Shown here: positions 25,201 to 33,190 of the stretch, piece by piece
Layout: each line of letters opens with the position of its first letter
Position numbering within the stretch: position 1 is the first letter of the stretch
NCBI RefSeq assembly: GCF_001949145.1
Contig: NW_019091357.1
Location: forward strand, 2,732,558 to 2,765,747
DNA from: Acanthaster planci
Lineage: Eukaryota
Reading direction: 5' to 3'
DNA: 33,190 bases
Notes under the pieces: generated by a model
The model's input: only the letters and a program-made list of their open reading frames with translations
Told to the model about the DNA's origin: nothing
Database searches by the model: none
Program-made: the position numbers and the translations under genes

Positions 25201-27474
25201 GAGACAAATTTGAAAAAAAAATCTGGTACACTGAATTATCGGATTGAACATGAGCATACCAATTTCACAGACTGAAGGCACTGTTGCTGTGCCTCGTGAC
25301 TCGGGGCAAGCTTTTGCATATACCAAGCAAGGTATGAGACGGAGAANAGCATATACCGGCTTTTCTGGAATAGACTGGTTCCTTTGCGCCCTTAATTCGT
25401 ATCCATTGAAAACAGTGTATTGTTGTTCTTACTGTTTTGTTTGAATGGCACTTCCAGCTACTCAGGCTATTTGCGAAAAAAAAATAACTGTACGTTTATT
25501 CATAACCTTTATTAATCAGCATCACATTACTAATAGGCATTTAGGAGGAAGGTCCAAGTTTTAGAGGCAGGAGGAAACCGGAGAAACTTTGAAAAATCTG
25601 CGAGAGCGAGAATCCTGTGAGAGGACTGGAAACCAAAGCTCTTAAAGCCTGGGCCAAGCCAGGACTCGAACCCGGGCCTCATTCATTGATACAAAGCAAC
25701 CCGCTCCCCCCAAATGGCGTATTTTGTGCAGGGCGTCTGTTATGTAAATATAAGCGAAGGCTTGCCCCGAATGACGAGATATAGGAACACTGTCTCTAAG
25801 TATGGAGAATTCAAATTGTTATGTTCATGTGAATTTAAAGAACTCAGTGTACCAGATTTTATTCAAATTTAACTCGCATTGATTCTGTCCGAGAGAATGG
25901 ACGAGGAATGTAGCTTTGCGCACTGAAAGAATGGGCGAGTGAAGCCTACAGACCCAAGGCTATTCTCTGACTTCACGTCGCCGCAACAACCACTGTCCTG
26001 AAACCAAGGGAACAAAAAGTGTTGATTCATACTAATGCCTCGAGCCATGCGCCACGAGGAGGGTCTGTTACTGCAGTACGCAAAACTGGCCGCCTCTCTG
26101 GGTCTAGTTGTTAACCGCTCGCTTGAGTGCACAACTTTTGTTCTATTTATCAACACGTGCAATATTGTTACTCATGCAGTCAGCAGTCATGTAGGTGGAT
26201 TGCACGCTCTCTTCATTGGCTCTTATATCCAAACGGAGTCATACGTGTATGTTACAACTACAGAAACCTATGCTAGACTTTGTAAAAACAATTACTTCAT
26301 GCTGCCGATGTGACTGTTCTGTATGGTATCGAGGATTGTGATACCAAGAGGAATTTGGACAAGAGTCTTGATCTGGAACCATTTTACCGATCACTCAAAA
26401 TGATCTCTAAACTTGTTACTTTTGTTACATGGATATACATCGAGGCGCTCACAGCGTGGAAGTGTTTCGTTTGGAATAGTAGCACTGGAACTGTACACGA
26501 AGTACTGAGAGGTAAGGTTCTTGCATTCAGTCTGATTAATTCAGTTATTTATCCGTTATTTAAACTTATTTTTGATTGTCCTTTGTTTACGGAGCGTTAC
26601 TTTAAAGTTGTAATTTATGATAACATTGAAGTTAATGGCGGCTCATATTAGATTTGACGATTTAACAATCTACAAAGTGAAATGAGCGATAAAATCAAAG
26701 GAAAAAAGTGAAGTTCGTTGAACCTCGTTTCGAAGCAAAGTTTTAAAATGCAAAATACAAGCCAAGATTTGTATTGAATAAATAAAATATTAAAAATGTG
26801 AACAATACATACAGATGAAACCAAGAAGAGCTGAAAACAGTCCCAAACCAAAATGACAAGTGGAATGCTTAATACCACTCAACTTACATGTAAATAAAAA
26901 AGGGTTTGAAATCATCACAGAAAAAAAATAAAGAGAGATGCAAAATGAAAAATAAATGGCACATATATAAAATATAAAAAAGTCACAATATTGATTGAAA
27001 ATGGCAGAAATGTACGCGAAAAAAATCTTAAATTTAACGGAGGAATCTTAAACTGATTTACTTTGGAAAAGCAGTTCTACGGGGAGCTGCTCTTTGCTGC
27101 AAGGCATATTTTCTTCTTTTGAATTTTTGCTATTTTCATTGTGAACCAACGCTGTCATTTACGTGTTATGTAAACAAAGTTAATTTCAGCCATTAAAAAT
27201 GTTTGAAAGTATATTTTACAAACGCCCGGAACTTGTACATTTTACCCGAAAGACTGGACTTCAACTGTTCAACTATAATGCCTGTATATGAATTCGTACT
27301 TTACAAGTTTACTGTAGATTCTTTACAAAAGTGCAGATTCGAAGAAAATAATCTCCGCTTTAGCCTATTGAGTATAGAGTGACGTCTCGGGGGTAGTACT
27401 CGGAACATAATGAGGGATTTCGAGTGTCTTACCTTGAACGGTCTTACGCGGTTGTCGCCACCGCAACAACCCAT
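13222..27474 (-). CDS. SLC44A1: Choline transporter-like protein 1 (SLC44/CTL family), 17 coding exons, ~651 aa
   Basis: Exons, all GT-AG with consistent phases: 27474-27433, 22196-22089, 21627-21485, 21202-20975, 20838-20760, 20432-20369, 19893-19735, 19142-19072, 18887-18768, 18105-17977, 17733-17573, 17031-16945, 16539-16424, 16082-15916, 15177-15085, 14766-14674, 13317-13222 (1956 nt). Motifs: MGCC N-terminus, DRSCRDV, DSYGNVCG, LCVSECP, FNRCIP, MRKRIALVVALFKEAGK, YMWWYH, RYHLGSLAFGSLII, CCLWLFEKVLRYINRNAY, NALRVAAINSVGDF, DTLFLCFCED, YYMSKDLM. Confidence 0.93.
15500..15677 (-). mobile_element. tRNA(Thr-AGT)-derived SINE
   Basis: Minus strand: A box tggtcgagtgg (15664-15654), loop ctagtaa (15635-15629) and B box ggttcgagtcc (15615-15605), followed by a non-tRNA body. 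Cloverleaf stems are imperfect. The 3' boundary is approximate. Confidence 0.65.
18141..18292. mobile_element. Palindromic MITE
   Basis: TIRs cagttcggtatttcaa / ttggaataccgaactg plus an internal inverted pair ggtcatccgg / ccggatgacc. Confidence 0.7.
18667..18741 (+). mobile_element. 3' tail of a non-LTR retroelement (L2-type LINE/SINE)
   Basis: tgtaaagcgcccagagc...ggcgctata stem-loop followed by a (tta)n tail. Confidence 0.55.
19290..19362. repeat. Half copy of the 2583-2760 palindromic element
   Basis: caaatttcgcgcacc...gattggtcaacgaaatgcaaactcttggaggcccactattgtgaatcgtcc matches one arm of the 2583-2760 element. Confidence 0.7.
19608..19726. mobile_element. Tourist/PIF-Harbinger-like MITE, copy 1
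   Basis: 119 bp; TIRs ggctgcatccgaa / ttcggacacggcc; TAA on both sides (19605-19607, 19727-19729). Confidence 0.8.
19963..20257. mobile_element. MITE of the ggtggcagcagac family, interrupted by a nested 119-bp MITE
   Basis: Left arm atgggaaattttgagaagcttggtggcggcgaacatactggttcttttt; right arm aaaagggaccggcttgtctcctgccaccagcgtctcaaggtcgcccata. The spacer contains the 20080-20198 element. Confidence 0.7.
20080..20198. mobile_element. Tourist/PIF-Harbinger-like MITE, copy 2
   Basis: 119 bp, colinear and highly similar to 19608-19726 in the same orientation; flanks tgt/tat. Confidence 0.8.
22769..22930 (-). mobile_element. tRNA-derived SINE (V-SINE-like body)
   Basis: Minus-strand B box ggttcgattcc (22876-22866), followed by catgtggattgggttttc...ggttctcctcccacctctaaaac. 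Confidence 0.6.
25560..25690 (-). mobile_element. tRNA-derived SINE fragment (V-SINE-like body)
   Basis: Minus-strand B box ggttcgagtcc (25672-25662) and ctccggtttcctcc (25583-25570), resembling the V-domain core. Confidence 0.55.
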
Positions 27475-27532
27475 GATACCGTACCGCTCTACGACTGGGA
27501 ATGTCACGCCATAAACTGCACGCCAACGACCT
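27475..27532 (-). other. 5'UTR part of the CTL1 start-codon exon (internal exon)
   Basis: A pyrimidine tract and acceptor (ttcttctccgtctttcatgctattcag, AG at 27534-27533) lie 58 nt upstream of the MGCC ATG, implying an upstream non-coding exon. Confidence 0.55.
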
Positions 27533-29245
27533 CTGAATAGCATGAAAGACGGAGAAGAAAAAAATAACCCAAAATAAAACCACGGAGAACTACACTTTAT
27601 GGAAAGGGCAGCAGATTGTGTGTATTAAATGTTGGCTTTACAATAATTGTATCATTAATGTATTGGTTTGCTTTGTGTAAGTCAAAAATGCCCATGTAAC
27701 ACGTGTTTATAAAGTAAAAAACAAAATAAAAGCCAATAGAAATTAGTCACACTATATTACTCTCTTATCATATGTCTTTTCTCTCTCAGTAAACACACCT
27801 GCTAACACACACCTCCAAACCCGTCGTGCCAACGATAGTGGTTGTATAGTACTAACAAACAACCTATCATTCATCAAAACATCCGTGCAATCAATTAGTT
27901 CATTCCATATTATAAAAGCCTTTGCCCAATTATTTCCTGGAATAAACGAATCAAACCAGGCCTCTAAGGAAGGCTTTAATGGATTTGGTGGAAAAGGGAA
28001 TCTGTTATTTTCTGAACGCCCTCTAGGGAAGAGCATTCTAAATTTCATTTTTCCAAAGTGACGTGTGAGTTGCAAGAGCAGGTGTTTCTGCGCCACAACT
28101 GAAATCACGCACAAGAATGTAAACAGGCCACATTTGCAGCGACAATTTTCCGTACAAACGTGTGTACTTTTGTTTGTTTTAAGTTTTTGACGGTTTTAAA
28201 GGGTGTTCAATAAATACGATGGAAAAATATAAATGTCTTAATATCAAAGTAAATCGTAGAGAATCTAACTGGAGAAACGAGAGCTAATTTTCTGCTCATA
28301 GAACGCAGCGCATAATTGGCAACGATGGCTACGTATGTGCCATGCGTCAACCTTTCATTACCAGTGCGCATGTCTGCCATAACCCATGAAATTTTAATGA
28401 ATAACATTAGAACTCTACTGAAATTCCAGCCAGGCTACCGGTATTACATTAAGCTCTTCGTTATTCACTGGAGGCTTGATCGATTGGTAGGCGCGGCCAT
28501 GGGGAAATCCACTCTTTTCTCATCTGCACAGGTAAAGCTGTCGTTTGCGCAACACCACGCCTTATGCCTACATTTCTGTCTGAGAATTTTGTCAGTGAGA
28601 AAAACCTAAACGTGTAATTATTACTCATACCCTTGACATGTGTTGGTCTTTGGTGAGGGCAATCGCAGCAATTAAGGGGGCTCTTTGAGAGGGGTTGAAT
28701 TCTTCATCTGTTTTAGTTTCGGTTTGTTCTTAAATCGGGGGGATATTCCTGGCCAATGTTTGGATAATGAAAACGTCAAAACCCCAATTAGTTATTAATC
28801 CGATAGGCAAATGAGTCTTATAAGTTACTTGGGAATGGAGACTTTAGATGAAATCATCTGAAATATAGGTTAAACAACAAAGACAGAAATTCGGAAAGAA
28901 GATAAAGTCACAACTAAAATTTGACCGAAAAACAAAACGTTGTGAATAACTCTGCCGTGTCTCCACTCTTCCTCAGCCTCGTACTGGTGTTTGAAGACTT
29001 TCAAGGTTTAGGATGTGTCTTAATTTTTATTATTTTTGTGGTTATTTGTAGAATTTATTTATTGTACATTATTTAATTCAGAGATTTTATTTATTTCTCA
29101 TGGATGCCTGTAAGTGTCGGGTAACCGCTGTTGGTCATCAGAAATAAATAAATCAAATGCAAAAAAATATATACCTCAGACCATCTCAAATCGGACAAAC
29201 AGGAAATCACTGAGCTCAAAAATCGAACTGATTCCTATTCCTCAC

Positions 29246-29450
29246 CTGGCCTGAATTCCAGTCTCCTCTGAGTGATTTTTAGCAGATGTTGTACACTGTT
29301 TGCCAGCCGAGGCTCGTTGCCTTTGTTTTGGTGCACGTCCAGTGTTAAGAAAAGCAGTGCGAGAACATGTTTTCCTGGCCACTCGCTGAAATATGTAACG
29401 TGCGCATTGATGACCAGTTGCCAAGTGCAAACGCGCGCGGGTCGGCGTGT
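29246..29450 (-). promoter_or_regulatory. Candidate non-coding first exon / promoter of CTL1
   Basis: Strong minus-strand donor CAG|gtgagg at 29245, with a CpG-rich patch (cgcgcgcggg, ~29432) upstream. The 5' boundary is a guess. Confidence 0.3.
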
Positions 29451-30342
29451 TTATTATGCGTTCAGGTCAATTGTTCAGGATTGTGACGAAACCTCACTGT
29501 AAAGACGCACTAGCTATTTGTTTTAAACCATGAAGAAAGTTGCGCGTTTGGTGTGCCCAGTTATTCCTCCCAGACGTGGGCTTTTGGGCTTTCTCAACGG
29601 GAAAATGGATCGTAGTCCATTCCTAAGGTTGCGATACAAATGTCAAGTTGACACACACAATCATTTCCAGTGTCGAGGCGATCAGTCGTCCTGTCTGTTT
29701 CGCAGTCTGTTGCCGCCAGTCACGTAATCCTACCTGGTAGTCTGAGCTCGTGGCGATCACTCATCGGCCCTCTAGTCAAACTAATCAGCTCTCCTTAGAT
29801 CATAGGATATACCACCCACACCCACCGACTTCAGGCACTGTAGGCACTCTGCAGTCGCCAGAGTCGAACCCAACCTAGGCCCACAACCCAAACCGTCTCC
29901 GATACGCGACTCCACTAGTATAGTCAGGTCACCGAGGGCCGAGTGAAAGCAGACGCTATTGCGGTTGTATTGTGGTTGTTTACCCGAGCTCAACAAGTCA
30001 TTTCTCCGCGGGAGAGGTGACCCGACTACGCGTCACACCGCTACCAAGGAGACAGCCTCTGTACTGTAGACTGTAAAAGGCCTATTGAGTGATTTCTGTT
30101 AAAGGCCGATCAATCAGCCTCTGTATCCAGTTAGCGGCTCAGTTCATCGTCTCACGATGCGTGCAGTAACACTTCAACCGTAAAGTAGGGCTTACAATGA
30201 GCAACTCGGGGTGTTGTTAGTGTTAATATTGTCTATTGTTGATTTTCGTTTTGCGTAAATGGAGGAGTCGACGATACCCAGCAGAGTTTGTAGTCACAGA
30301 GTGCGCTCTTTTACTGATGGGAGCATGCTCATGTGGGTGCAC

Positions 30343-30584
30343 CATTGGCGGATTCAGGGACTTTTCCGGGGGATCACGCCTGTGAGATTTTTTTTAATTG
30401 CCAATTGTTACAGACAAACGGACAGGATAGCACAGGTAATGCATTACATTACTGACGCACTTCCCTTTAACATGTAAAAAGATGTCATCTTTTAATTACT
30501 ATTGCATTTGACAAATTAAGTATTATTATTGTTAACTGATAGCTATCAGAGCGGAGGGATCGACCCTCCCCAGATCCGCACCTG
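30343..30584. mobile_element. Degenerate hAT-like MITE
   Basis: Imperfect TIRs cattggcggattcag / cagatccgcacctg; no TSD seen. Confidence 0.35.
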
Positions 30585-30793
30585 CGTATTTTACATGCGG
30601 CGTTGATTGTCAAGGCTGCACCTGCAGCTCCATGATTTGTCAGACTCGATGTGAAAAACATCACCGCATGACTTGACCAATAACCCTCTCCAAGAGATGA
30701 CAGAAACGAGCAAAGCTGGGGGAAGACATTCGTATTCAACTAAATCTTCTTTTGTTTTGTTCTATACATGTACATGCAGGGGTGTTGTAGATA

Positions 30794-31086
30794 CAGTGGC
30801 GTATCCCCCCCCCACGTGTTTTTTTTTGTCAAATTTTAAAAAAAAAATATTTAATTTATCAAATATTGTCGCCAAAACCGTAAGAAAACAACACCACGAA
30901 GTAAAACGGGGGTGTCGAGACTGTGAGCAAGGCTTTTGATATTTCTTTCCCTCAACATCATGTTAAATAAGCCTAAAGCCGCATTCGCTTTTGAATTCCC
31001 TCTCCCTCGACACCAAAAGCTGGGCACCTCTGTGTAAATCCCCTTTTTATGTAATTCTGCGTCCAACATAACTGAATACGCTCCGG
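30794..31086. mobile_element. Degenerate hAT-like MITE
   Basis: Starts cagtggcgtatccccccc, like the 10102-10300 terminus, and ends gaatacgctccgg. Contains an internal gggcacc motif. Confidence 0.4.
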
Positions 31087-32544
31087 TAACTGCGATTTCT
31101 TCCTACACAATTCAAGCGACAATATCCTCTTCGGTTAATGTTCATTTAACAATCAAACAGTTCTTCCAATTCTCTAGCAATCTGCGTCTGGAACGATAAC
31201 GCACATGCATCTATATTGCAAGACTTCAACTTCAAAAACTGCCCCGCAAGAAAGGGGCTTGTGTTGAGCCTTAAAATGTAAAGGAAGCTGTTATGAAAAA
31301 TTCCTCTTTGATAGATGCAGTTCAATAAGAATCTTTGATAAAAATGAATGCCACAGTGATTCTCTAATTTCGGGGTTTAAAAAAAAGATCAGAGGATATA
31401 ATGTACCTCTGTCTTTAAGCGAATTCATTACCAGTGAACAATCTCTCGGCGAAATTTAAATCTCAGAAGAAAATAGTGTGTAGAATATACTAAACTAAAA
31501 TTCACATTAATTTTACTGCTATAGAACATTTCTCAATAACGAAGAATAATCGTTTACGCCATCTGATATTCAATTTGACCATCTAAACTTTGATCGTGTA
31601 ACATGCGACAGTATTAGGTCAACCGTGATTCACGAAGTGAAAAATGAATGCTCTAAAACAGATTTGTTACACTGACGAACTCCTACGTCGTGGCTCAATA
31701 CCGTTTTCACGGTATAAAACTGTGCATTTACAGGACATAAAATTCAGGAAAGTAGCTCGTCCGAGTTCAAAAAATTATACATTATTATGCAAAATTATGC
31801 AAAAAAAATGCATTGAAAAGTGTAAAAGTCAATCCTTCTCTTTAAGTCAATCCCTCAATTCGACATCATATCTATCCTTAACACCAGAAAGACACCAGGT
31901 GTCACACGACATTGACACTGCTGTTAAAATCCTGCCCCTTAAACTTTACATGTATACCGTCGACTCCAAGCTTCAAGTTTAGTGGTTATTGTTTCTTCAA
32001 AACTAAGTCATGCACGTTACTTTCAAGCAGTTCAAACTTCACACAACAACGCATGATGCAGGAGAAGAGAATTTGGTGCAGACTTCAATGCTGGCGGACG
32101 TGCTTCTTAATAATAAGCAGAGCCGTGTATAGAGGTTTCTCACGTGACGTAACATGACGGGCAAAGGGCATTTCAGGAAGTGTACCATGTCCGTGGATGC
32201 GCTTGCATTTTCAAATCTATGCATCTCTGTTGGCAGTTCCAAGTACACTAGAATGTTGGGAGACATCGAAAGCATGCGCATTTCCGCGCAAATATGTGTC
32301 AATTGAACGCTGACCGTCAAAAATCATGTGACTGAAAATTTTCTACATAGAGCGAGTTGCGACAAGTGTAACCCACTCTTGGAAACAAACTGGCAGATAT
32401 ACGCGCAAGTGTGCCCACGGACAGTCGGTATACGGTAGCTGCGCCCATACTTCACACTTACTGAACAGCCATTTTGTTTCCAAAATCTCAAGCTCACGTT
32501 AGTAAGAAGAAGAACCCTATGATACAAACCCTTTCTACCGCTAT

Positions 32545-33010
32545 CTACTTCAGGTCGGCAGGCTGTTGGGCGGTACTGGGCACAGGTGCAAACGAAGGCT
32601 GGGTTCCAATCAATGGGTTGGGCGCATTTTGGGCGGGATAGTACGCCGGAGGTGCGGGTGCCGCGAACTGGTTGGGTTGAGTGGGCAACGGTGCGTATAC
32701 AATCTGTCAGGGGTGATGAGACGATCGACTGTGAATGAACTGTCAAAATTCCGCCAATAATTTTCTATCTTTACGGCGTAAGAGGTCAATGTCTGAGCAG
32801 ACCTTGGAAAACGGCAGTCCAAGAAAGGTCTGTGGGGGGAAGTGTACAGTTCAACTTTCAAAATACCGGCCAGCTCCTTACCGTGGTGGTGTTCGAGGGC
32901 GGCAGCTCGTTCAAGAGCAGGCAGCAGTAGACCGAGGCGACTATCGCAATCACCAGCTCCGCCAGGCTGACGACGATTAGTATGGAGTCCATGGCCATTG
33001 TCACAGCGGT
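32545..33010 (-). CDS. 3' end (last two exons) of an MS4A/CD20-like membrane protein; 5' part lies beyond the window
   Basis: Exon 33010-32882 (acceptor ttcttttag, donor gtaagg, 43 codons) reads TAVTMAMDSILIVVSLAELVIAIVASVYCCLLLNELPPSNTTT, a TM helix with internal Glu followed by CC, like the last TM of CD20/MS4A-type proteins. Exon 32703-32545 (acceptor ccctgacag) reads IVYAPLPTQPNQFAAPAPPAYYPAQNAPNPLIGTQPSFAPVPSTAQQPADLK*. Not in the supplied ORF track. Confidence 0.72.
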
Positions 33011-33190
33011 CTAAAAGAACGGGGAAAAAACAATCGATAGATTCAGCCTCTCCTGAGACGATGTCAGGTTACTGGGTCATGTGAATAAAAACTAGCAAAT
33101 GCTATGAATTTGAGCAAACAGCAAAAGCATTTCCCGAGAAGTAAAACCATTAAGAATAAGTAAATGCTTGAATTTGTAGAACGGATTTTG

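Noticed and set aside
22687..25347. Single N bases at 22687 and 25347
   Set aside because: Assembly ambiguities or possible joins, not biology. They are a caveat for the length and contiguity of CTL1 intron 1.
29781..30070. Possible extra coding exon on the minus strand
   Set aside because: Frames after the candidate acceptors stop quickly, no family is recognisable, and the MS4A-like gene already ends at 32545.
1..33190. CRISPR array, operon, prokaryotic defence system or autonomous transposase/RT
   Set aside because: No repeat-spacer periodicity and no long ORF with RT, transposase or nuclease motifs; the region is spliced eukaryotic genes plus non-autonomous repeats.

Overview
Intron-rich eukaryotic (metazoan) genomic DNA, not prokaryotic; most ORF-track entries are exon fragments or spurious. 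Manual GT-AG, phase-consistent splicing gives four genes. (1) + strand SLC16/MCT-family MFS transporter, 7 coding exons, 402..8480, about 525 aa. (2) + strand RD3-domain protein in one 334-codon ORF, 10577..11581. (3) - strand SLC44/CTL1-like choline transporter, 17 coding exons, 27474..13222, about 651 aa, convergent with the RD3-like gene. (4) The last two exons of a - strand MS4A/CD20-like membrane protein with a PPxY tail, 33010..32545. Introns hold many short palindromic MITEs (one nested), tRNA-derived SINEs and an AT-rich foldback element. The gene and repeat style suggests an invertebrate deuterostome such as an echinoderm; this is inference only. I see no convincing novel multi-gene system. 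The best leads are the divergent RD3 homologue with a possible exitron, and candidate alternative N- and C-terminal exons of CTL1, including a duplicated GCC acylation-motif exon.
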